Positions 13,107 to 24,796 of a DNA stretch of 64,000 nt are shown here, piece after piece. The number at the start of each line of letters is the position of its first letter. Positions within the stretch are counted from its first letter, which is position 1. Position numbers and translations under genes: made by a program. The notes under the pieces are model-generated. The model had not been told where the DNA came from and did no database searches. It was given only the letters and a program-made list of their open reading frames with translations. Location: NCBI GenBank assembly GCA_028534125.1, contig CM052832.1, positions 14,200,001 to 14,264,000 on the forward strand, read 5' to 3'. This DNA is from Lama glama. Lineage: Eukaryota.

Positions 13107-13951
13107 ATTTATTTTTGCTTTTATTTCTTTTGACTTAGGAAACTAACCTGGAAAAAAAAATTGCTACAATTGATGTCAAAGGGTGCTCTGCCTATGCTCT
13201 CTTCTAGGAATTTTATGGTTTCAGGTCTTACATTTCAGTCTTTAAACCACTTTGAGTTTATTTCTGTACATGGTATGAGGGAATATTCTAATCTCATTGT
13301 TCTACATGAAGCTGTCCAGTTTTCCCAACACCACTTGAAGAGATCGTCTTTTCTCCGATATATATGTTCTTGACTCCCTTGTCACAGATTAATTTACCAT
13401 GGATGCATTGGAGTATGACTTTTATTTTCTTCTCAGTGATTATCTGCATTCTCTAATTGTCTATAATGAATAAGCATTATTTATATAATTAAAACATTTT
13501 AAAATAAATTAAAAACCACACACATGGGAATTCTTGTGCTCAAGTACCAGCTCCACATCCTAGAAAGGAGTTTCCCAAATGGGAATTCTGGCCAGTGGTA
13601 GTATCTGATTAATTTCTAAGCCCCCAAATACAAGTTCCCATAGGTGTCTTTCACTGTTACTAGCTAGATAAATAGTTAGCCAGCAGCAAGTGCCTCCTCC
13701 AAAACCTCAGGCCCAACCACCCAGACCCACACGGCAGTGTCTACACCCCTGGGACACGGGCCCCAACCTCTCCAGAGCTCACATCCAATGGCCAGAGCCT
13801 CAGAAAGGTACAGAAGGCAATCACTGACTGGAGTCAACACTTGCTCCAGCCAACACTCAGATGCAAAGAGGAAGACAAACAATCTTGAAGTTCTATTCAG
13901 TCCAACCAACATTTACTGGCATGCACCTAAGGTGCTGTACAGGATCCAGAG

Positions 13952-13987
13952 ACATGCTAACAATAAAACATGCTAACAATAAAACAT
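13952..13987. repeat. 16-bp perfect tandem duplication
   Basis: acatgctaacaataaa x2 plus acat. Confidence 0.9.
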
Positions 13988-16900
13988 TCAATGCTCAACG
14001 AGTCCTCTGTGCCTTTGTGTGAATGGGCTCTTTCAATCCTAAAGGCATCCTGGGGTAGGGTCTATACTTCCCCACCCCTCACTTTACAGATGAGAAAGCC
14101 ACAGAGGGATAAAGTGAATTGCCCAAGGCCACTAGCGAAGCCAGAACTTAGTCCCAGACAGTCTGGCTCTTAACCAGTACCTCATATTCCCTCAAAGTTC
14201 TTATCCTCAGAAACAGCCAGTGAGCTAGAAATACAAAGAGTGCCACATGCTACTTGCTGTTCTGCTCCAGGGGAAAACTCATTCCCTTCTGAGACGCGAG
14301 AGAAATGAAGAGTGTGTCTGTCACTCTGCCCAGGATTCTCCACGCCTTCAGCTGGGCGGAGAGGACATCAAGGTAGGCAGGTGGCACAGCCCCCAGAGCC
14401 CAGCCAACGCCACCACTAAGATGCCACCTATGCCTACCTTTTCTGATTTGCTATGCCTTCTTTGCACCCCAACCCATGCCTCCAGACAGGAAGTGGGAGC
14501 AAAAATAAATATAGCTCTCTAAAAATAAACCAGGGATGGTAAGGTGCAAGAAAAGAGAAAAATGTAATGCTACTGGCTGGTTTGAGTCCAGTGAGTCTTG
14601 CTGGCCTAGGTAGGGCCTGTGTTGCTGAGCAGGACAGGTGCCATGAGCCCTGATTCCCCTTCTGTCTCTTCTCACAGCCTGTGGATGCAGCCGGCACCCA
14701 TTTGAAGTGCCCGGAAAAGTCCAGGCTAACATGACATGAGCAGGAAGAGCAGTCACTGAGTTGAAAAGAACAAGGGCTCCAAAGGACTCAAATCCCAGCG
14801 CCATCATCTGTCAGCTGTGTGACTTGAGTGAGTTATTCAACCTCTCTGATCTTACACCTCCTCATCTGTTAAATGGGAATATCAATACCCACATCTTGCA
14901 GGCTGGTGTGAGGGCAAGTGAGTTCCTCCGTGGGGTAATGCTTGGCCCAAGGGAGAATCTGAATTAAGGCGATTTCCCTTCCTTCTCTCCATATGTACAC
15001 ATCTGCGCCATCTTCTCTTTCTCCTCACCCTTCACCAGACAGAAAGCAAGCTGATTAATCACTCGGGGCAGTGATTGTTTTTTGCTCCTACCAGTCCTTC
15101 CCATCCTACATGGCTGGCCCACCAGTTGGCTGGTTATTTCTCACGGTTCTAGGGGCTGCTCACTGCCTTGAGCAGATTCAGGGAGCCACTAAGCCCAGCC
15201 ATTCTCAGGGCCTCCTCTGCCCACTGACCTGAAATGAGACTCTGCAAGGAGCCCCAAAGCCTACCAATGCTTCGCTTCTGCTCAGTGACCATGGGACTCT
15301 GCTGTGCTGGAAAGCAGAGAGTGTTCTCTGAAGCCAACATTAGTCTGGTCAGTCAAGCAGGTACTTTCCAAACTGGAAGAATTAGATTCAGCCAGACAGT
15401 CTTCTGTGGGGAGGCCCTGTTGTGTGGTGATCAAAGAAGCAGGTTCTAATCACCTGGGTTCAAATCTCAGCTCTCATCAGCTGTGCAGCTTTCAGCAACT
15501 TCCCTAACCAGTCTGAGCCTCAGGATCCTCTTCTCTAAAAGTAGTACGATGATTCCGTACCTCTCAGGTTGTATGGATTAAACAAGGTGACGCGCATAAA
15601 GTGAGTAGCACAGCACATCCAACACAAGAGCGCCATATTCCACTCAGCTACTGCGTATCTACTGACCTCTGCTGGGAACAGGAAGGTGATCAGACACACA
15701 CAAGCCCAGCTCTTGAAGAAGCCACAGTCCAATCTTGGAGGCTAGCACACAGGCAGTAACTTCACCGTAATATACCATGGCAGGTGCCAAGCCAGAGGTG
15801 TGAGAAGGGAGTCTTACTAGATTTCCAGTGGAGGAAGAGGGGAGGAGGAGGCAACTGAGAAACACTGCCAAAGTCCAAAATCTCAGTTGGCTCCACTGAG
15901 CCTCAACCAAAGGGAGGGGCAACCAGTGGGAAAGGAGTCTGAGAGTGGACACATCAGCTCAAGTTTCCTTCTATGGATGTCTGACTGTTGCCCCGTGAAA
16001 TGACTTCCCAGACAAGGCCCTGGTGTAGGCTGGTACCAGGGCCACTCGGTGGGAAGAAGGCCTCTTAGGCTGGCCATCCAGTCACCTTCCACCCAACAAG
16101 TGCCCAGTGAGCATCTCTGCACAAGGCACTTGCCCATCAAGGAACCAAAACCTGGGGAGAAGATCTCTGAGGATGGCTAATGAGTACCTATCAGGACGGA
16201 GAACGTGACCATGCAAGGCAGGCTGCTCCCTTGTGACTCAGCAAGGTCTCTGGCTCACAGAGAACATCAGATGGATGGGTTGAAGGTTCTTTCTCATGAG
16301 GGAAGGAGAAAACAGAAAGGAAGGCAACGTTCAGGCTGCAGTCCACAGAGAGAAAGCAGCACATGGGCAGAAGCCCTGGGAGTGCTGGAACCAGCTCATG
16401 ACAGGTACTCCTTATCTACAGTGTGCCCAGGGTGGGGGTAAAAAAATAAACCCAAAACACATGTTCCTGGTAGTGCTGGAGAAGACAAGGCCACCCTAGG
16501 CTTGCAGAGGACAGACTGGACTTGGCTTGGGTGGAGATATGCCTACTGGGTCAGGGAATGGGCTAGAAAAGAGACAAAACATTTTTCTAAAAGATGACAC
16601 ACGGCAAGGATTATGAACGGGAAATTGTAAGTAGATGCCATAAATACATCGGGGTGTTAAGATGTCAAAAATAAAAGTCAAAGAAATCACACACCATAAC
16701 AGAATATAAACAGGGCTGGGTTAATACAATTTTGACGGGTTGCATTCTGTAGTTTGGGAATTTACCTAGTGATTTTCACTTGAGAGACAGAAGTTATTAC
16801 CAGTCATTTTGTTTACTACCAAAAATTTTTCATTTTTCAATAATTATTGTTTATTACCAAATAATTTTTATTTTTCAATGACAATCTAGTTGGTGCCATG

Positions 16901-17799
16901 ATTTAAAGCAGGTTCTGGACCGAGTCACCTAGGACTAACCATAAAATCAGGGACATAGGCACAGAAGATTTAATCCATGGAGACAATCTATACCCAGCCC
17001 CTAGATGACAAGGAAGCTGACAGAATGTCATTTTGGAAAGTTGCCAGAGCACTACAACTGTCATGGGGTCACTATCCCAGGGGAGAGTGACTTTTCAAGC
17101 TGGACTTACTTGTCCTTTGGAATCTGATTCTTAGAAATCCAAGCAACTCTGTGAAGACCTAGAGGAGGCAGAGTCCTGAGGTTTGAAATGGCCACTCCCA
17201 GGAATGGGAGAGTAAGTGGCTCAGGGACGTGGGGGGCTTATGAGTGCTGGGAGCCCAAATGACAGCCATCAATGTGCAGTGGCACCAGCTCACATGCTCC
17301 AGCCCCTTTCTCCAGTGGCCCCCAGCCCCCTTGCTGAGTAACAGGAAAGAAGGCACCCTGAGGTGCAGCTCCTGCCAGGGAAGGGCAGGGAGACGAGGGG
17401 TTGTTAAGAAAGCATTTCAGGTGGGCCACTGCGGACTCCATACTGCGCAGATCCAGGGCTGGGGGTGGGGAGTGGAAAGAAGTAGCCACCTTCATGAGGC
17501 TGAGGAGGAGGGCGATGGAAGTGAGGACCCCCAGGAGCCACCCAGACCTACCTGGTGAGAGCAGCCAACAGGGATTTCTAGGCACACAGCTCCATTCACA
17601 TGCTGACAGTGGAACGGTTTTAATTATTCAGAAAGAGGAGGTTGCTTTTTTCACCTCTTCTAGTATTTTAAGCTGACTATGTTTACCTGATGATATTCCA
17701 TAGGTATGATGTGACGAATATTCTACAAAAAGGAACTGAGGAACATAGACATAAAGACTAAGAGGTCGTGAGAGGAAGGAGGCAGGGAGGGGAAAGTGC

Positions 17800-18245
17800 C
17801 CCATATAATGTCTCTGATCTTATCTTCTATTGTTGTCCTCCCTCACTACCTCAGCCACCTGACCTCCTGACTTCTCCTCAAACACAGCAGCCATGTTCCT
17901 GCCTCAGGTCCTTTGCACTTGCTTTCCCTCTGCCTGTAAGATTCTTCCCACACATGGCTCACTCTCCTCTTTCAGCTCAAATATTACCTTCTCAGGGAGG
18001 CCTTCCTCAAGCCCTCTATTTAAAAGTGCTACGACCTCTTTCCTACTTTATTTTTTGATATAGCATTTCTCACCATCTGATTTACTGTTTACTTAATTCT
18101 GGCTCCCTGACCTTTTCCCACTACAACCACCATGAGCACAAGAGATTTTTTTTAATCTGTTTTGTTCACTCCTTCATCCCTAGTGCCTAGAACAGAGACT
18201 GGCCCATAGAAGGTACCCAATAAATACCTACCAAATGAATGCAAG
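17800..18245. mobile_element. L2 LINE 3' remnant (others at about 4040-4240, 24130-24460, 32440-33330, 47860-48350, 63550-63900)
   Basis: cctgcctcaggtcctttgcacttgct...tctgttttgttcact..ccctagtgcctagaacag..caataaata..aatgaat. Confidence 0.75.
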
Positions 18246-18562
18246 GAAGGAGAGGGGAAGATGGAACTGTAGTCAGGTTTAAACTAATCCTGGATTCTCA
18301 ACAGTCTGAAAGGAACTATTACTGATTTGAGCGAAGGTGTCAGGGGAGTTCCAAACGCAAGCATCAGACACTGAGGCTTTCTTTTTTGCTCCTAATAACT
18401 CCCTAAAAGGTCTCCTTAGAGAGCATATTGTCTCAAATATTAGTCTGGAAAAAGGCTGGACCTAGAATCTCTAACTGCCATGAAAGGGATGCTCTAAGAC
18501 TACCTTAAAATAAGAACAAGAATCAGTCAAGTCACCACCTGAGCTTGGAGGTGGGTGAGCTC

Positions 18563-19042
18563 TGTAGTAGTTTCCTGTTGCCACTGGAATAAATCACCAC
18601 AAACTGAGTGGCTTAAAACAAAACATTAATTCTCTTAGAATTCTGAAGGTCAAGGATCCAAAATTAGTTTCACTGGACCAAAATCGAGGTGTTGGCAGGG
18701 CTGCACTTCTTCCAGAGGGAGCTCTCTGGGGGAGCATTTGTTTCCTTGCCTTTTCCAGCTTATAGAGCTGCATTCCTGGCATTCCTTGGCCTCTTCCTCC
18801 ACCTTTAGAGCCAGCAGGGTAGCATCCTGCTGCAGGAGCTACACTGCCTTCTTCTGTATCAAACCTCCCTTTGCCTCCCTCTTCAAAGGACACTTGTGAT
18901 TGCATTAAGGGCCAACTAGGATAATCTCAAAATCCTTAACTTAATCACATCTGTGAAGTCCATTTTGCCACATAAGGCAGCATCCACAGGACCCTGGGGT
19001 TACAGCCTGGACATCTTTGAGGGCCATTACCCAGTCCACCAC
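18563..19042 (-). mobile_element. MLT1 (MaLR) solo LTR
   Basis: tgtagtagtttcctg...caccacaaactgagtggcttaaaacaa...ccttaacttaatcacatctg...gggccatta. Confidence 0.85.
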
Positions 19043-19823
19043 TACAGAAGACAGGCTCCACGAGTTCAGAAGAAGCAGTTCAGATCTCTGGTCCACATGG
19101 AAGAAGAGTCAGATCGGGAGTCCTGGTGATGTCCTGGGCCAGGGTCCTTCTTTTGTTGTAATTGTTTGTTATTAACTAGGGGGTGGGGAATTATTTTCAT
19201 GCAACTGAGCATTCTGGCCCTTGGAGGGACCTCTGGACTGTCCTGAAGGCTTTTACAGGAGAGGAAGCTACAAAGAAACAGTCTGGGCCAGGCGAACAAG
19301 CTCAGGATCACGGATGGCAGGTAAGTCTTCTCCCATGAGACCTGCCTAGGGTGGACGGTTCTGAGTCTCCAGTGGGGTCTGGAGAGGAGGTCTGCTGTGA
19401 CCCAAGTGCCAGATCAGCTGGTCTGACCCCAGGAATGGCACAGTTAATGATGGTCCACATGCTGTGTGCCAACAACTCTGCTCTACATGGCATCTCTGGG
19501 AACTACAGGAAAGTGGCTTCTGCCCAGACACCAAAAGACTTAGAGAAGCAAAGCATGAGAAATACAATCACTCTAGGAGATGGCTTTACACTTAGGACAC
19601 TGTCTCTCTCTGTTGTGCAGACATCATATGGTTCCCTGGTTGAAACATGCTGCTTTTTGTGAAATATTTCATTCCTGCTCAAAACTTTCAAAGGCCCAGT
19701 GAGGTGTCTAAGGAGAGTAAATTTCCACTGTAAGAAATATATGCTTATCTTACTGGTTTTATTGATGTGATGTTCACCAATGGCCCCAACCGGCCAGAAA
19801 TATTTAGCAGGGAAATGACAGAG

Positions 19824-19970
19824 CAGTGGTTCTCAACCATGGGTGATTCTGCCGCTGGAACATGTGACAGTGTCTGGAAACATTCTAGGTTTTCACGGGG
19901 GGGGGGGTGCTACTGGCCTCTAGTGGGTAGCAGCCAGGGCTGATGCTCAACATCCTACAATACGCAGAAC
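19824..19970 (+). mobile_element. MER20 (hAT-Charlie) fragment
   Basis: cagtggttctcaacc..gggtgatt...gtctggaaacatt...ggtgctactggcctctagtgggtag..gccaggg..gatgct..acatcctacaa. Confidence 0.8.
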
Positions 19971-21549
19971 TGGAGGTAAAGAAAGTAAAGTGAGCGTCAC
20001 ACACAAGGAAATGCTTTAGGCAACTAAAGGAAACTGAGGAAAAGCACACCTTGCTTGCTCATTTGGGAAAAAGGATGATTAAGTGAGCACTGGGATCTGG
20101 CTCCTGCCACCGCTGAGAGAGCAAAGTTGGCTTCTACTTCCATCCGAGCAGTAGCCAAGAGACTCCATGCCTCTGAGGTCAATTCTTGGATGAAGGACGT
20201 GCCAAAAGCACTGCTAAGGATCAAGGAGTTAAAGCAGATTACAAATGAAAGAGATGAAAATCTGTTTTTAGATACCAATTAGCGTTAAGAATATAGAAAT
20301 AAACCTAAACAAGAGGAAGTTTTCCCATCACATCTGGGAGCCTCTCCCTTCAGTATCCTCCTGGTGGGAGAACTCTTGCAAAGCTGTGTTCCTGCTGTCT
20401 CAGGAGAGCTGCTGAGATGACGACAAGGCCAGGGAGAAATTAGTTTTTGAAGGCGGGACTTGAAACAGAAAGAAGGGCAATGCACTGCCCGGAACTACAG
20501 AACTGTTTTACAGAAGGTCCCGGGGCCACAGCCTGCCAATCAGGGAGGGAACTGGTTCAGAGAGGCCTTTCCTCCTGAGCTCACCACCTCACAACCCAGC
20601 TCAGTGGAACCAGCACGGGACTGAGGTTCCCCGGTCAGGAAGCCATGGCCCCATTCACAAAGAACAAAGTCACACCCAGGTCTGCCCTCCTGCTCTTCCC
20701 GCATCTTCCCAGAAAGAGCTAGAAAGAGCCCAGGAACCACAGAAGGAGTCAGCTCCCTGCAAACACTGGGAATCCATGCAAAGCATTCTCTCAGCCTCAA
20801 GCAGCTCCTCTGGCCCCAACATCCTTCAAACTCTTTTTGCTGTTTGTCCCTCTTTGTCCTTCTTGCTACCATCATCTCATCTGACCCCTCTTTCTTCTTC
20901 TCACTCTTCCCCTTGCTTCCTCATGGTCTATGAGCCTGAAACTGAAGTGTGTTTGAAACATTGTCAGTGGTGTTACATGAAGCTTTATCTTTTCTGCTTT
21001 TTATCTGATAAATTATGATTAACTTTTTAATGTACCCTAACAACAAAACCTAAATTTAGCTGCCCTCTAACTTTCACAAGCCCTTTAATGTCTCCAGTTT
21101 ATCAGCATCACTCAATAACGTGTGTGTGTGAGTGTGTCACTAATTAAGTATCCGATGTGTCCACTCATGTTCTGGGTACTTAATCTGTGTCGCTGACAGC
21201 TCAAAATCAGTAATTTTAACAGTAACCAGAAGAACTCAGATTTCATATAAGGAAGAATTTCCTTACATTTAGACTAACATAATAATCTCCTACCTAACCT
21301 CTCTACCTCCATTCTTTCTTCACTTAATCCATCTTTTTGCAATATTAACATAATCACTCCTTGCTCTAAAACCATCAATGGCTACCCACTGCCCAAAGAA
21401 CAGAGTGCAAATTCCCTCACCTGGCATTCAGTGCCTCTATCAACCTACCAGGAATGTCCCAACAGTGGTTTCCAGGAATGGAAATCGTGAGAAAATGTGC
21501 TTTTCTGCTGTAAGTATTCATATACAGGCCAGGTTACCTCACATAAAGG

Positions 21550-22000
21550 ATGCTAAAAAGATGCTGGTCTCCAAGAAGGCCTCTCTCCCTCCCTATGAAC
21601 CATTGCCTTTTGGTATTCATACCTTTGTGTGGTCTTCTCCCTGAATCTGAACTGGTTCCTATGACCAAGTATTTTACAGAGAAAGTGACACTGTGTGACT
21701 TCCAAGGCTAGGTCATAAGAAATCTTGCTATTTATACCTGGATCTCTCACTATACTCACTCTTGGGAAAGTTCTGCTCAGAATAGCTGCATGCTGTGAAA
21801 GCAAGGCACATGGAGACACCACAAGTAGTCAACAGCCAGCATCAAGTGCCAGCCATGTGAATGAGCCAGTCGGGACATCCAGCCCAGCCAGGCCTTCAGG
21901 TGGCTCCTGCCCTGGCCCACACTTGACTATGGCAACATGAGAGACCCCAACTGAGAACTGCCCAGCTGAGCCCAGTCAATCCCCTAGAAACAAGAAAGAT
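21550..22000 (+). mobile_element. MLT1-type MaLR LTR remnant
   Basis: gaagtgacactgtgtgacttccaaggctaggtcataag...gccagccatgtgaatgagcc...cccagctgagcccagtcaa. Confidence 0.7.
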
Positions 22001-22014
22001 AAAGTGCCAATTTC

Positions 22015-23022
22015 ACTTAAGAATGTCCTAGATGAGCCAATAAAAACTAACTTTACTAAATCCTGGCCCTTAAGTAGTCTTTTAAATACTCTCTGTAATG
22101 AAACAAGAGTTAACATGACTGTTTCAAGAAAAAGCAATTGTGCAACTGTTTGAGTTGCAAGCTAAATTAGCCATTTTTTTTCATGAAACCAGTTTCACTT
22201 GAAAGAAAATAACAAATAAATTATAATTATTTAGACTTGGGTATTTGACAGAACTTTTCTTGAAAATGAATGGAAACTGTCACTTGAAGAAAAAACTTGA
22301 CAGTATGTCACCAATGATAAGAATCAAGCTTTCGAGAGAAAACTCAAATGATGGAAAACTTGTATCCACTACTGAGCTTCGCAGCTTCCCAATGCTTCAG
22401 GGCTTTTCTGGTGAAATCAGCAGTCTTAATATGATTTACCGATACTGTAAAATGAAATACGTCTATGTTTAGAAGATCTGTATTACTAAGTGAACCAACA
22501 TGGGCCAATGGATTTTAATGTCACAAAATATGAAAAGTTTGTTGACTCCACATTCCAACTAACCTTTAAGAAACTACCACTTGTCCAGTTTGATATACTA
22601 TCAAAGAAGAATATTCACAATTATCTGCAAAAGCTATTAAAATACCCCTTTCCTTCTCAATTATGTATCTGCATGAGGCCATTTTCTTCATTGCTTTCAA
22701 ATAAAACAACGTACTTCAAGAGACTGAACATAGAAACAGTTATGAGAATCCAGCTCTCTCCTATTAAAACAGACATTAGCAAAAATGTAAAACAATGTCA
22801 CTCATCTCAACTTGTTTTGGAAAATAGCTATTTTTCATTAAAAATGTCATTTGTGATAAATGTAATGGACTTATTATTACTATATTACATGAATTCATAA
22901 ATTAGTAATTTTTCAAACTGCTTCAGGTTTAATTTCTAATAAGGTCAATGAAAGTTCTTGAGGTCCTTAACACATTTTAAGAGTGTAAAGGGGTCTTGAA
23001 GCCAAAAAGTTTGAGGATCACT
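22015..23022 (+). mobile_element. Charlie1-like hAT DNA transposon remnant (transposase C-terminus and right TIR)
   Basis: ORF 22490-22900 contains PFP...FSS..KTTYFKRLNIETVMRIQLSPIKTDI (hAT dimerisation-domain-like); ends aaaaagtttgaggatcact. Confidence 0.8.
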
Positions 23023-24338
23023 TTACAATAATCTAAAGCTGACTTCAAAATAAACCAGCTTTCTTTCAAGGCCCAATCTGACACACCAGTTTCTTCAGGG
23101 ACAAGGCCAATCCTCAGTGATGACTTGCTCCTCTAAATCAACATTCTTGTACAGCACCATGTTTTTAGTGCCCACTGGCTTTCTAACATCTAAAAAATCT
23201 TTCTGTGCATGTGTCTTTTCTCACCAACTAGGTTCCACTCACTTGGGGCATGGGGAAAGCCAAGGACCACGTCTGAAACTATCTGTCACAGCACCTGGCC
23301 CACAAGAGTGCCTCAGATGGGAGAGACTAAGATAATACCACACGGGGTTTTGAGATTAACACTGAAAAATCTGCTAAAGCTAGAGCCTCACCTTTGCCAG
23401 TGGAAACTAAGCGAGAAAACTTCTAGCTGGGACTAGGAGCTCAAAGCTAAGGGGTGAACTGGACAGCTGACCCCTGGACATGGACAGCAGCTGCCACTGT
23501 GGCTAGCTGCTGCTGCAACACGTGACAAAGCAAATCAAGTCCACTCAGCAGTTCCCCGTGCTTAGGGGGAGCTTCTATCTTGTCTCTCCTCAGAGAACAT
23601 CAGAAGCCTCCCAAATCCTCCTTCTTCCTCCTTCACATTTCCTTCAGAGGAAAGGACTTGGTGTGGGTTGGAGAACAGGAGGGGCCCCTGCTTGGGGCCT
23701 TCCTGCAAGATCCACAAACAACCCAACCCCCACAGACTGACAGACTCACGGGCTCAGCACCCTGTTTGGCAACAGGAAGACCCACGGGGTGTTAAAGGCA
23801 GAGAAAGGGAAGTGAAGCCCATACACAGCTAATGGAGCCACTGAACATCAGAGATTAAAACAAATCAGACAGAAGCCCCATGTCTCCCCTGGCCCCCAGC
23901 AGGGACTCCCCCGCAGCCTGGCCTCCTAGACAGCTGGGACAATGAACATCGAATTCCCCCGAGCTTCCCTTATGAGAGTTTATAAAACCCATTGGGCATC
24001 CTGAGAACAAACAGGGAAACAGCAATAGGAAGCCAAAGCATTGTTCAGACTGTGAGGACCCCCTATCCCAGCAGAAATGGAAGAAAAAAATTTGTGTATT
24101 ATGCCCACCACTCTCTCATATATGCCACTACAGACCATGAGACAGGGACAGAATCTGTTTTTTACCATCATCATTTCCCAAGTGCCTAGTAATGTGTCTG
24201 GCACACAGCACTCTTTAAAGTGTTTGTTGCATAAATGAAAGAGAACGATGGATAGCATCTTTGTGGCCTGACATCCACATGGGCAGAGAAGAAACTGTAC
24301 ATTTATTCATTCAGCAAATATTTGTTTAGCATTTCTTC

Positions 24339-24388
24339 TACTTTATTTAGCAGTACCTTATTTAGTAGTACTTTATTTAGCAGTACCT
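24339..24388. repeat. 15-bp minisatellite, about 3 units
   Basis: tac(t/c)ttatttag(c/t)ag x3. Confidence 0.85.
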
Positions 24389-24712
24389 AGTGCTAGGTAC
24401 TGTCCTACACACAATATGAAAGAAAATAACTCCTTGCCCTTGTGGAGTTTATGTTTTAGTGGGTTTCACACTAAATTTACTTTCACAGCAAAAATCTCAA
24501 TGCTCCCCCTCAAAAGTACGTAAGCCACAGACATTCAAAAATCATTTAATAAGTCCCCACTATGTGTAAGTGATGAGTACCAGATGCTATGACAGGCACC
24601 TGGGATCTGGGACTCGGCCCTAGAGGAATTATTTCATCTGTTAGGCCAAGATCCTTAATCTGGGCCGTGTCCATCAGTTGTCAGGGACGCCGGGTAAGGA
24701 AAATGGGATTAC

Positions 24713-24796
24713 CTCTTTGGTGCATCTGTCCTCATCTGTCGGTGAACAGAAGCCACTGCGTGAGTACCGCATGCATACCCAAAACACCACTTGATG
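24713..24796 (-). other. PPARD: PPARD exon 2 (84 nt, 5' UTR)
   Basis: tcctgcag|CATCAAGTGGTGTTTTGGG...CAGTGGCTTCTGTTCACCGACAGATGAGGACAGATGCACCAAAGAG|gtaatc; resembles the recalled 84-nt human exon 2. Downstream exons lie left of the window. Confidence 0.88.

Larger units (their letters stand above)
11663..13412 (-). mobile_element. 5'-truncated L1 interrupted by two SINEs
   Basis: ORF2 remnants ([42 protein letters not shown]). TSD gtatgactttta at 11651-11662 and 13413-13424. Confidence 0.9.

Noticed and set aside
20477..20500. ZNF143/ZNF76 SBS-like motif (gcaatgcactgcccggaactaca)
   Set aside because: The core TGGGA is not matched and the ACTACA orientation does not fit
22490..22900. 136-aa ORF as a domesticated transposase
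   Set aside because: Frameshifted, fragmentary Charlie transposase remnant
24339..24388. CRISPR-like short repeats
   Set aside because: Contiguous tandem units without spacers, in eukaryotic DNA
1..24712. PPARD coding exons or alternative 5' exons
   Set aside because: No MEQPQEE-like or nuclear-receptor zinc-finger coding sequence seen; alternative UTR exons cannot be supported without transcript data
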